Assembly (NCBI GenBank): GCA_965240325.2
Contig: OZ251223.1
Span: 3,472,001 to 3,536,000, forward strand
Direction of reading: 5' to 3'
DNA length: 64,000 nt
Source: Rebecca billardiae RCC1528
Lineage: Eukaryota > Protista > Haptophyta
Shown here: piece by piece, positions 24,583-34,734 of the stretch
Numbering within the stretch: position 1 is the stretch's first letter
Layout of the letters: each line of letters starts with the position of its first letter
The notes under the pieces: generated by a model
Database searches by the model: none
What the model saw: the letters and a program-made list of their open reading frames with translations, nothing else
What the model was told of the DNA's origin: nothing
Program-made: the position numbers and the translations under genes

Positions 24583-26095
24583 ATGACGTCCTGCATTTGC
24601 CTCGCGACTCCCAATTCCTCGTGCCGTTTCCGCGCGATGCGCATCGAGCGCCACGCGCACGGCCCCGATGACGTCTTGATCAACGTGACGCACTGCGGCG
24701 TGTGCCATACCGACGTATGCGCGCGTGTGCGCGTGCGTGCGCGCGCACACCCGCGCGTGTGCGCGCGCCGCGCTCATAGTGGGTTCGCGCACGTGCCCTG
24801 CGCGCAGCTTCACTTCGCCAAGAACGACTTCTTCATGACGAAGTTTCCATGTGTGCCAGGTCACGAGGTTGCCGGCGTTGTGGCTGCCGTGGGTGCGAGC
24901 GTGAGCAAGTTCAAGGTGGGCGACCACGTTGGCGTTGGCTGCTTTGTCGATGCGTGCCTCGAGTGCAAGTACTGCAAACGCGGAGACGACCACTTCTGCG
25001 CCAAGGGCGAGACCCTCACCTATGCCGGCGAGCCCAAGCATGGCCGGTGCGGCTCGGAGATCACAAAGGGCGGGTACTCGACGAAGGTGTGCGCCTGGCC
25101 TGCGCCTGGCCTGCGCCCATAGCCATGCTGGGTGGCGCCGCTCGCTCACCCTGTGCGTCGTGCGACCCTTGCCTCCCTGCCAGATGGTCGTCCACGAGCG
25201 CTTCGTCGTACGCGTGCCGCAGTCGCTGCCGCTCGACAAGGTGGGCCCGCTGCTGTGCGCTGGCATCACCACCTTCGCGCCACTCAAGCGCTTTGGCGTG
25301 GGCGCGGGCTCGCGCGTCGGCGTGAACGGGCTCGGCGGCCTGGGCACGATGGCGGTCAAGCAGGCGAAGGCGATGGGCGCTCACGTGACTGTCATCTCGC
25401 GCTCGCGCCGCAAGGAGGGCTACGCCAAGTCGATCGGCGCCGACACGCTCGTCGTCTCCTCCGACCGCACGTCGCTCATGGACTCCGCGCGCTCACTCGA
25501 CCTCGTGATCGACACAGTCGCACAGCGGCATGACATCGGGATCAACGTGATCACCGGCGGGGCCCTCGATCCCAGCAATGCGCGCACTGGCACGCTCCTC
25601 GATCTGCTCGACATCGACGGCACGTGGTGCTTTGTGGGTGTGAGCATGACGATGATCGACATGCAGCCGGGCAAGCTGCTCATGCACCAGCACCGGATCA
25701 CTGGCTCCAAGATTGGCGGCATCGCGATGCAGCAGGAGTGCGTCGAGTTCTGCGCAAGGCACGGCGTGCTGCCCGAGACGGAGCTCGTCCCCGCCACGCC
25801 CGCGGCGCTGAGCCGCGTCTACACTGAGCTCGATCGTGGCAACGATTCGGGCGTGCGCTTCGTGCTTGACATCGGCAAGACTCTCACCGAGGAGCTGATC
25901 AGCGCGCCGCCACCGCCACCGCCATCACTCGGCGGCCGCTCGGAAACAGTCGTTCAGATCGCCCTGCTGCTCAATCGGATCGTGCTCTCCAAGGTTGAGG
26001 GCTTCGTTCTCGCGCACTCGCAGGCTGTCGCGGGCGCGCTGTGCGCCGGAGCAGTCATGGGCGCTGTCGGCATCGCGCTGCGCTTCATCGCCTGA
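24583..26095 (+). CDS. Zn/NADP-dependent cinnamyl-alcohol-dehydrogenase-like enzyme (introns 24715..24807 and 25087..25183)
   Basis: CGVCHTD|LH, VPGHE, VGVGCFVDACLECKYC...C, PLLCAGITT, GLGGLG. Canonical GT-AG introns; hydrophobic C-terminal tail. Confidence 0.92.
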
Positions 26096-26602
26096 TGTGA
26101 ATGAGACACCTACAGTGATGACCTGCATAATTGGTCGCCGTGGTGAGAGTCCGTAGTGACTCAGTCTGACTGGGTCAGACACTCACTCAGGGGCCCGCTT
26201 CGGGCGCTTGGCGGCAAGCTGACGACTACACTTTCACCCCGAGCATATGCATCGTCCGAGACGTCATGCCGCTGATCCAATATAGCGCCGTAGCGCGAGC
26301 TATACTAATATACTAATAATGTTTATTAAATATCATTCGCCTTATTTTTATTTCGGCCGGAATAAGGGGCGCAGAAGGCGGCCTGGGCGGGCCTGGCAAC
26401 CGCGCGCTCGGGGCATTCGCCGTGGGCGTGGCGGTCACATTGTCAGTGGCCTTCATGTATCATCAGAAGCCGCCCTGGCGGGCATCCGACAGCACGCGGG
26501 CATTTAAGCGCAGGCCGGGGGCATCATTGCTGTCAGCAGCGGTGGCATCCGAAGCACGACAGCACCATCATGATCATCATCGACATCAGCAACAGCAAGT
26601 TA

Positions 26603-27790
26603 TTATTCGTCATAATGTGCCCACGAGGAATGCTTGGATTGATGTGGAAGGACTGCCATTGCGTGGTTCGGGTTGAGCTTCAGCTCCTTCAACCGTGCTA
26701 TGATCTGCTCCGTCGAGAGAAAGTGCTTCCGGTCCACTGGGATCGCCTCCGACTTGCGCGCCCACCCCGCGGCCGCCATGTCAATCGGGTGTATCCACGT
26801 GGTCTTCTTGGAGAGGCCGTGCGCACGGGCAAAGTCGAGCCAAGCAAACTTTGTAGCGGGGTTGTGGCCGAAGTCGTCGAAGATGAGGATGCCGCCGACG
26901 GGCACCCTGTCCCAGAGCGTGTACAGCGCGTGCTGGTAGCTGTTCACGCCGGCCGCGCGCGGGTGAGGGGATCGCCATCCGCGTGAAAGACGCAGCTGGT
27001 GCCTCACGTGCTCACGGGACGATTGGCCTGCGGGCAGTCTCGCCGCGCGGCGCCGCGCGGCGCCAGGCGCGCACGAGCTGTAATAGTTGCAGTCGAGACG
27101 AAGCACGGCGAGCTCTGCGTGCGGGTACGTGCGCACGAACGTGCCCAGCGACTCCTCGAAAAGCCCTTTGTGGAACCGCACTCGGTTCTCGTCCAGCAGG
27201 CCGTACTTTGCGAAATTGTGCCTGACTTGCTTCACGCTGGTGGCGAGGAAGGCGGCCTCAGGGCCGTACGCGGGCAGGGCGTCGAACGCGTCGAAGACGT
27301 GCACGCTACGCTGGTGCTGGCCGAGCGCCTCGAACACGCCGGCTGCGTAGATACACGTCCCGCCCCGCCACACGCCGAGCTCGGCGTAGTCGCCGGGCAC
27401 CTTGGTCGCGACCGCCAGCGTGATGGCTTCTCGCACGTTTCGCAGCCGCTTGTGGCCGACCAGAGTGTGACCGACAGTGGGCCAGTCCCGGCCGTAGCTC
27501 CGCAGTCGAGGGTCGTACGCGGCGTGCGGCCCGTCGAGGGGGCACGGCCCTTTCGTCCCGCAGCTGCCCGCCTCGTCGTGCAGTGAACCTGTCAACGCCA
27601 TCTCGAGTAATCGGATGTACGCGCGCTCGGCGGGGCCAAAGGCGGTGGTGCTGAAGGCCGTGCACTGGGGGCTGGAGCAGGGGCCAGGCCGCATAGGCGC
27701 GTCGTCGATGCCCAGCGTCGCGTTGTCGTTATACGCGCTCGGCCATGTGAAAATGGCAGAGAGAAGGGCCGCCGCGCAAGGCGCCGCCAT
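26603..27790 (-). CDS. TylF/MycF/NovP-family O-methyltransferase with signal peptide (probable in-frame intron 27074..26940)
   Basis: GRDWPTVGHTLVGHKRLRN, VPGDYAELGVWRGG, VHVFDAF, VRFHKGLF, LAVLRLDCNYYS, GGILIFDDF. Confidence 0.9.
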   Translation of the reverse strand: MAAPCAAALLSAIFTWPSAYNDNATLGIDDAPMRPGPCSSPQCTAFSTTAFGPAERAYIRLLEMALTGSLHDEAGSCGTKGPCPLDGPHAAYDPRLRSYGRDWPTVGHTLVGHKRLRNVREAITLAVATKVPGDYAELGVWRGGTCIYAAGVFEALGQHQRSVHVFDAFDALPAYGPEAAFLATSVKQVRHNFAKYGLLDENRVRFHKGLFEESLGTFVRTYPHAELAVLRLDCNYYSSCAPGAARRRAARLPAGQSSREHVRHQLRLSRGWRSPHPRAAGVNSYQHALYTLWDRVPVGGILIFDDFGHNPATKFAWLDFARAHGLSKKTTWIHPIDMAAAGWARKSEAIPVDRKHFLSTEQIIARLKELKLNPNHAMAVLPHQSKHSSWAHYDE

Positions 27791-27855
27791 TGTACCGGGT
27801 ACAGTACCGGTGCACGACGTCGACGTGAGCCGGGGATCCCGCGTCCACGCCCAGC

Positions 27856-29262
27856 ATGGCGGCCGCCGCGATCCTCGATCGCCTGGATCAATCGAGCAAG
27901 CACGCGGCGGCAAGGGGCTCTGAACGCCTCTGGGCGCGTATCCTGCTGGCCGATCTAGAGCTCGTCAACGTGGCAGACGATGCTGAGCTGCTCATCGCAT
28001 CCGTGCCCCACCTCGTGGACGCGCTCGCTGTGGGTGATGGAGATGTGTTGCAAGCGGCGCTGACGCTGACGGCGCGTGCTGTCGAGTCGGTTGCAGGGGT
28101 GGAGGCCTTTTCGCGGACGGTCTGGGGAGCTAGACGCGCGATCAAGCTGGCCGGGCGGCTGGATTTGGACGACGAGACGCGTCGCCTCGTTGACCGCCTT
28201 CTCGCGGTCTCCTCTGAGGGAAGCGAGGGTGCTGGCAGCCAACCTGGCGGTGGCGGCCTCGCGGCCGAGGCCCTCGGTGGGAGCGTCAGTTTCGAGGCAG
28301 TGCACCGCGAGGATATGTATCCGCCATCACAGCTCGAGTTCAGGGTCGTCCCCGCCTCCAAGATGGAGCCTGCGCGGCTCGATTGCAGCACCGTCGATCG
28401 TATGGCTGCGCGCGAGGTCGCGCAGATTCTGGGCAGGCCTCGCCCATGCGCGTGCGCCGCGTGTGTGAGCACGCGGCGCGGAGAGGACGCGCCCCTGGCA
28501 CTGTGCATGCTCAACCCATCGCGCCGGGAACGATTCGGCTCGGAGATCCCGAGCAAGATCTGGCCGGCGTCGGTGATCCTGGCGCAGCTCCTGTGGAACC
28601 ACCCTGAGCTCGTGCGCTCGCGGCGCGTGCTTGAGCTGGGCGCGGGCATGGGCCTGGCCGGGCTTGCGGCCATGCGGTGCTCGCCGCGCTGGGTGGTGAT
28701 GACTGACATCGACACCAAGGTGATCGGCCACATGCGCTCAAATATCAGCGCCAACGCGATCGCGGGCGAGACCACGGCTGCCCATGCTGCGTACCTCGAT
28801 TGGGCTGACCTGCCCACCCTAGCGGCGGCAGTGAGCGACGACAACCCAAGTGGAGAGCGCAGCTGTGACGAGGAGGGCGCCGAATGGCGACTGCGGCAGC
28901 CTGCTGATTTGATTCTCGCTGCCGACGTTGTCAATGCGGATGGCCTCAGCGAGCTGGTCTATGCCGCTGTGCTCCACCACCTCGCGCGCACGCCAGAAAG
29001 CCTCTTTGTCATGGTGTGCCCGCGACCAGAGCACAGGCACAGCGTTGAGAAGCTGCGCGAGCTCCTCACGCGCGCAGACGCCGAGCTGGAGTGCGCGGTG
29101 GGGCCCGTCCCAAGCTGGCTTCTCGAGGCGAGCCGCTCGGCTGCGCGAGGAGCTGCCACCGACATTGACAAATCGGAGTTCGATGTTCTCCAGTACGAGC
29201 TGTACATCGCCCGGCGCCTCGGGCAGTCGTCTGCTGACTGCTCAACGTCAATGACGGACTGA
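27856..29262 (+). CDS. Family-16 (METTL21/EEF2KMT-like) protein lysine methyltransferase
   Basis: KIWPASVILAQLL, RRVLELGAGMGLAGLAA, VVMTDID, LDW, DLILAADVV. Confidence 0.85.
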   Translation: MAAAAILDRLDQSSKHAAARGSERLWARILLADLELVNVADDAELLIASVPHLVDALAVGDGDVLQAALTLTARAVESVAGVEAFSRTVWGARRAIKLAGRLDLDDETRRLVDRLLAVSSEGSEGAGSQPGGGGLAAEALGGSVSFEAVHREDMYPPSQLEFRVVPASKMEPARLDCSTVDRMAAREVAQILGRPRPCACAACVSTRRGEDAPLALCMLNPSRRERFGSEIPSKIWPASVILAQLLWNHPELVRSRRVLELGAGMGLAGLAAMRCSPRWVVMTDIDTKVIGHMRSNISANAIAGETTAAHAAYLDWADLPTLAAAVSDDNPSGERSCDEEGAEWRLRQPADLILAADVVNADGLSELVYAAVLHHLARTPESLFVMVCPRPEHRHSVEKLRELLTRADAELECAVGPVPSWLLEASRSAARGAATDIDKSEFDVLQYELYIARRLGQSSADCSTSMTD

Positions 29263-29340
29263 CTACTACAGCAATAACACATACACGACTTTGAACAGCA
29301 GAATCTGCGCGTAGTACTGTCGATAGCTACGCACATATAG

Positions 29341-29355
29341 CTCTCTCTCTCTCTC

Positions 29356-29442
<87 letters not shown>

Positions 29443-29484
29443 CTCTCTCGATCTCTCTCTCTCGATCTCTCTCTCTCTCTCTCT
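29341..29484. repeat. (CT)n microsatellite with CGAT interruptions
   Basis: Read directly from the sequence. Confidence 0.97.
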
Positions 29485-30001
29485 CATCCAGTGATCCAGA
29501 TTACCCATATCGCGGATCCGACGGCGGCGATTCTGACAGGCTGTTAGCAGGTGCATCGATCTACTGTAATCTCCCGTAACGGCCGAGCACCCCTCGCTGT
29601 CGCAGCTAGCGACCCGCCGGCCGTTGAGGCGTTACAGGGCCATTAGGCATTACCAGAAGGCGGTGCAGACTGTTAGTCCAGTCGGGCGCGCATCGTCTGA
29701 CAGACTCTCAGCCCATGCAAGCAGCAATGCAATCTGAATCATGATGAATAGTGAATAAATTTCACTGTAGTCAAATAATGATTATTAGCACTCCTGCCTG
29801 CTCGACTCTCTGGGCTCCGACTGCTTACTACAATAATATGAGTTGTTTCTGTTCACTGCTGTTGCCAGCTGCAGCGGTCACGGTCAGAGACCGACTGTCA
29901 GGCGGGCCAGTCTTGAGTCGGGGTCTTGAGTCTACTCTGTACTCACTCTGCTGCCTCTCTGCTAGCCGTCTCTCAGTGTCTCTCTCTAATGCAGTGACGA
30001 G

Positions 30002-30033
30002 GATAGATAGATAGATAGACAGACAGACACACA

Positions 30034-30120
<87 letters not shown>
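30002..30120. repeat. Compound (GATA)n(GACA)n(CA)n(GA)n microsatellite
   Basis: Read directly from the sequence. Confidence 0.97.
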
Positions 30121-30121
<1 letters not shown>

Positions 30122-30145
30122 AGAGTCTGATAGCTCAGACTAGCT

Positions 30146-31311
30146 ATGACCGCGTTCCGCGGTCCTGTTCTGCATAGAATCAACGCAGTTCGGGGCCCGC
30201 GGTGCGGCGGTGGCCGTGCAATCGCGGCTCTCCGCCGTAGTCGTGGCAGTTCGCCAGTTGAAGTCGGTTCCGTGAGATGACTGAAGCTATTAGTCCGACC
30301 GTCGCCCTGCCTGCGACCGCGAGACTCATTCCTGACACTTCACACAATCACAGCAGCGCGGACCTGAGACCGCACCCGGCACCGGTCAAATCGGACGTCC
30401 GTCAGTCTGACAACTAGCTGGGTCAAATGTCCAACTGGCTGATCAGCTCGGATCCGACCCGTCCGCGATCGTGCCGAGTGAGTCGTGCCGCGGAGCTCGG
30501 AGTACTGAAGGAGTCGGGTGTGACAGCAGGGTGCCTTAGCGCTGCGGCCCGTGCCAGCCAACGACCAGACGTACTCTGGCCACTTGACCCGTTGCACGGG
30601 TGAGTGACCGTACGCCCCGCTCACCGCGCGCGCCGCGCGACTCGGGGTGATGGAGAGCGGATGGCGACAGCAGCAGCAGTCCTCATGAAGACGATGAAGC
30701 TGGCGGCACGGGTGCACGAGGTGGCAGGCGAAAGCGCGCCGACGAGACCGCATTTGACACACCTGAGCCGCACGCGCGTGCCGTCGCCGAGCGCGAGCGC
30801 TGCAAACGCAACTACCGCGCGCGCCACGACGGCGCGGCACTAGCTGATGCAGGCCGTACTGCCGGCACTGCTTCTGCGATCATGCGCCACGGTCGCAGCT
30901 GACTGCGTGAGCAGCAAGCGGGAGGCGGGTCCGGAGGCACGTGCAGGCGCGCTCGCAGCCAGGGGTTCGGGTCACATCCGCGGTCATCCGCCATCGGCAT
31001 CGTGCGAGGCCGCACGCAGTCGCAATCCGGGACGACGAATACGATTCGCTCGTAACGAACCGTTACGCAAAAGTCACGTCCGGCTCACGTCCAGATCGCA
31101 CTTCACTTAGGGAATATCGTGGGCGCGCCCTTTTCTCGCCAAATGAACGTCGATCTCTACGCGGTCTCAAAAAATCGAAACTCGGTCTCCACCTCCGTGA
31201 AAATCGCCCCGGCCACGTCCCTTTTTCTTTGATCAAAGATCTTTTTGAAACGTGGTTAGGGCCCGCACTGCGGGCTCCACGCTGCGCGCTCCGCCCTGCA
31301 CCGCGGGCCAT
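30146..31311 (-). mobile_element. Helitron2/Helentron-like non-autonomous element, copy 3
   Basis: Colinear with 14944..16229 along its whole length, with the same ATGACCGCGTTCCGCGGTC and CCGCGGGCCAT ends. Confidence 0.65.
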
Positions 31312-31543
31312 TACTACTGCTAGCTGCTAGCTGATATCTCTGCTGCATGATTCCTGATATGCTCGGGCGCTCGTCATCTGACATATATCTGCTATCTAAC
31401 ATTCTAAGTACCGAGTTACTCGGCCTACATGATATATTAATTAGCCGCTCGTCTGCTGCACTCGGCCTGATGAGTACGGTTACCGGATAAATGGCAACAG
31501 CACTGACGACGCCGGTCGTGAGGGTGCTTATTCATCCCGATCC

Positions 31544-32818
31544 TCACAGCCTAGAGCAGGGCACAATCACGCTCGGTGCCGAGCCGCTGCTGGCGTCCAG
31601 GCCCCGCAGCGCCGCCGCCAGTCCGGCAATGTCATCGTCGGTGTGCGCAGCCGAAAGTGCAATCCGTAGCCGCGAGGTGCCAGGCGCGACAGTGGGCGGC
31701 CGGATGGCGGGGACGTGATAGCCAGCTCGAAGGAGCTCCACGCTCGCGTGCAAAGCTCGCTCCTCGTCTCCTAGCACGATCGGGACGATTGGGCTCTGGG
31801 CGTGCACGCCGGTGGCCTCCGCCAGCGCACGCACGTTTGCCCACAGCCGGGCGCGCAGCGCCGGTGTTGCCTCGTGGAGCGCAGCCGAGGCGGCCGCGAC
31901 GGCCGGCGCGGGTAGCGCAGTGGAGAAGATCCCCGGCCGGCCGCGCGAGAGTATCAAGTGCTTCAGCGCCCTGCTCGAAGCGACGAAGCCGCCATGCGCG
32001 CCGAACGCCTTGCTGAGTGTGCCCACGTGAACGTCGACGTGCCCAGACACGCCGGCGCGCTCGGCCTCGCCGCCCCCATGCTCGCCGCACACCAGTGTGG
32101 CGTGGGCCTCGTCGAGGACGAGCAGGGCGCCGTAGCGGTCACGCAGGTGCACCAGACCCGCCACATCCGCAAAATCGCCGTCCATGCTAAACAGGCTGTC
32201 CGACACGATTAGCTTGCGCGGTGCGCTCGATGCGCGCAGCAGCTGGTCGAGGTGAGCAAGGTCAGCGTGCCGGTAGACGTGCAGCGCTGCGCCCGCGCCA
32301 CGCGCTGCAAGCCGCGCGCCGTCCACGATCGAGGCGTGGTTGAGAGCGTCAGAGAAAATGGCGCACTCGTCCGACTCCGCGAGCGCGCCAAGCACCGCCA
32401 TGTTGGCAGCATACCCGGTCGGGAAGAGCAGCGCCTCATCCACGCCCTTGAGCGCGGCCAGTGCCTCCTCGAGAGCGCGGTGCGCGTGCGTGTACCCGCT
32501 CACGAGCGCCGAGGCGCGCGGGCCGCAGCCAAACGAGGCCGCCGCGGTCGCCGCGGCGTGCCGCACGTTAGGATGGGCGCTGAGACCGAGGTAGTCGTTT
32601 GTCGAGAAGAGAGTGAGACGCTCCACTCCATGGAGCGTGTACTCGCCCAAGCTGGGCGCACCGCTCGTCCAGCGCGCACGCGTTGTCGCATCGACGTGAA
32701 CAGCAGTCGGATGGCCATCGATCGGGCCGATTGGCCGCACGGAGCGCAGCAGCTTCGATCGAGCCAGCTCCGCGATGCGCCAGTCGACCCATCGCGTCCA
32801 CGACGACGATTCCGCCAT
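31544..32818 (-). CDS. bioF: 8-amino-7-oxononanoate synthase with C-terminal PTS1 (SRL)
   Basis: FSTNDYLGL, FPTGYAAN, SDALNHASIVDG, DSLFSMDGD, DEAH, GTLSKAFG (PLP Lys), AIRPPTV; the protein ends ...CSRL*. Confidence 0.95.
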   Translation of the reverse strand: MAESSSWTRWVDWRIAELARSKLLRSVRPIGPIDGHPTAVHVDATTRARWTSGAPSLGEYTLHGVERLTLFSTNDYLGLSAHPNVRHAAATAAASFGCGPRASALVSGYTHAHRALEEALAALKGVDEALLFPTGYAANMAVLGALAESDECAIFSDALNHASIVDGARLAARGAGAALHVYRHADLAHLDQLLRASSAPRKLIVSDSLFSMDGDFADVAGLVHLRDRYGALLVLDEAHATLVCGEHGGGEAERAGVSGHVDVHVGTLSKAFGAHGGFVASSRALKHLILSRGRPGIFSTALPAPAVAAASAALHEATPALRARLWANVRALAEATGVHAQSPIVPIVLGDEERALHASVELLRAGYHVPAIRPPTVAPGTSRLRIALSAAHTDDDIAGLAAALRGLDASSGSAPSVIVPCSRL

Positions 32819-33518
32819 GGATGTTCTCAACCTCCGCACATTCCATTATTCCGGAACCGAAGGACCATCCGGAACCGAGAGTTCGTCGATCATTATTCTC
32901 GGGTGGGAGGGCACCGTGGGCGTGGTGGCCCCTGGCGATGCTAGGTGGTGGCGCGTCGCCGCGGCCGCCGCGGGTCGGTGGAGTCGAGTCTCGCTGGGAA
33001 GTGTCATCACTCTCGCGACCATATCCGGATGCGAGATATTGCCGCCCGCGCTGCGCGCGTCACGCCGCACTGCACGTGCACGTATCCGTGAACGCGGTAC
33101 TCTGAGTAAACTCTCTCTTTAGTCTCTTACGGACGCGAGTGACGACGTACAGTAAATGTAATCAGTAATCGTCACTTGTCAGCATCATCACTCATCAGTG
33201 ATGACACTTGCGCGGGGTTGGGGGATGCTGCCGGATGGCGAGTGCTCGGATATGACGACGACTGATTCCGCGTCAGCAGTTGGCAGTTGCGACGGGCCGG
33301 AATTATTTTACATATTCTATAATGATGACGCGAAAAGTATATTCATCATCAGTCTCGTCCTGATCAATAATACTTATTTGACAACTTCAATGTACGCGTC
33401 AATCTGCTGAATGTTCAATACTGCAGTACCGTCGCGGTATAGTACGTACGGACTACGGTATACCACTTGGCCGGATTAATTTAACATTTAATAAAGCCTA
33501 CTACGACTACGAGTCGGC

Positions 33519-34529
33519 TCATATGGGGCGCGACTGGGCCGCATGTGGATTTGCGGAGTCCTGTCGCCCTTCCTCGGTCACGTCAGCCGCGGCGCCAGCG
33601 TCGGCTGGGGGCCCTGTTGAAGCAGCGGCATCGCGGTCAGCCGCCGCACGCGCTCGCCTCTCCTCCGCTGCAGCGGCCACAGCCACTGCGGCCTCCTCGC
33701 GCTCCTCGCGTGCCAGCGTGCGCTTCCGGCAGAAGGCGTGCAGCTTCCAGTTGAAGATGCCGAAGCAACCCATCGATGCCAGGAAGAGCGCCAGGATGAC
33801 CACCCAATTGAGCTTCCGCGGTACTCCGAACAGGCCTCGCGGGCGGTTCGGACCGGGATCGATCGGCGCGCACGTGCTCAGGTCGCGGCGGTCGATCCGA
33901 CACACGTACCGGCAGAAGACGATGTTGTCGCGCCTCGGGTCGCTCGACCAGATCCACATCGCCTCGGTGTTGACCCAGAAGCCGCTGGGGTCGCGCCAGG
34001 GGCTCTGGTCATGCTCCTGCTCGTGCGCGTACGGCCAGAGGGTTTCATCCACTTGGTACCGAGGCAGCAGCCACGCTGGGTCAGGGCGGTTCCGCCGCAG
34101 TCGGCGCGTCGTCGTGCAGCGCCAGGCCTGGCTCGTCCTAGTGCCGTCGCTGAAAGCCGCGATCATGGCGGCACTCCGTCGGCCCAGATCGCGGCCCGTC
34201 ATCGCATACGTGCGCAGGCGGTCTGGAGGCATCGGCAGGAACATGGACACGTTCGCAAGCCGCGAGCCCGCCGCAACGATGTGACGCGAATCGATGAGGA
34301 GCTCAGCAAAGTCGTCTCCCTGGACCCAGCCCTCCAGTGGCGCCACGCCTGTGTTCGCGGGCCAGGATGAGCGCGTCGCGTTCCCATCCTCCCATAGCTC
34401 GAAGCTATCGTCGGCGACGATGGGCCCAGGGTAAAGGTCATCCGGATCCGAGCGCGCGCACGGCGCGCGTGCAAGCAACGCCACGAGGAGCCCCCGCCAC
34501 GCTCCGCGCCTCGCGAGCCGTGACAGCAT
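33519..34529 (-). CDS. Single-pass membrane protein with signal peptide and a Trp-rich beta-sandwich (lectin/galactose-binding-like) ectodomain
   Basis: Signal-like MLSRLARRGAWRGLLVALLA; IAAFSDGTRTSQAWRC..W..W..PW..AMWIWS..VFCR pattern; TM segment WVVILALFLASMGCFGIF. Confidence 0.6.
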   Translation of the reverse strand: MLSRLARRGAWRGLLVALLARAPCARSDPDDLYPGPIVADDSFELWEDGNATRSSWPANTGVAPLEGWVQGDDFAELLIDSRHIVAAGSRLANVSMFLPMPPDRLRTYAMTGRDLGRRSAAMIAAFSDGTRTSQAWRCTTTRRLRRNRPDPAWLLPRYQVDETLWPYAHEQEHDQSPWRDPSGFWVNTEAMWIWSSDPRRDNIVFCRYVCRIDRRDLSTCAPIDPGPNRPRGLFGVPRKLNWVVILALFLASMGCFGIFNWKLHAFCRKRTLAREEREEAAVAVAAAAEERRARAAADRDAAASTGPPADAGAAADVTEEGRQDSANPHAAQSRPI

Positions 34530-34734
34530 GAGGGGTCGACCACCGTCCAGTGGTCGTCTCGGCCGCCCGGCGCGGACGTAGTCCCGGCCTCCTGCGCACC
34601 CGTGCGGGACCACCCTTCCGCTTGGTCCCGGACACATCTCCGAGACTCTGAAGCTCCGGATCATCAACGCGACGCGGCGGTGGGATTCTCAGCAAGGGAA
34701 GCAGGGCGGCTGGGCATACCCTTTCGGCCGTGCC

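Noticed and set aside
29266-30183. ORFs encoding (RE)n or (SL)n runs
   Set aside because: Translations of CT/GA microsatellites.
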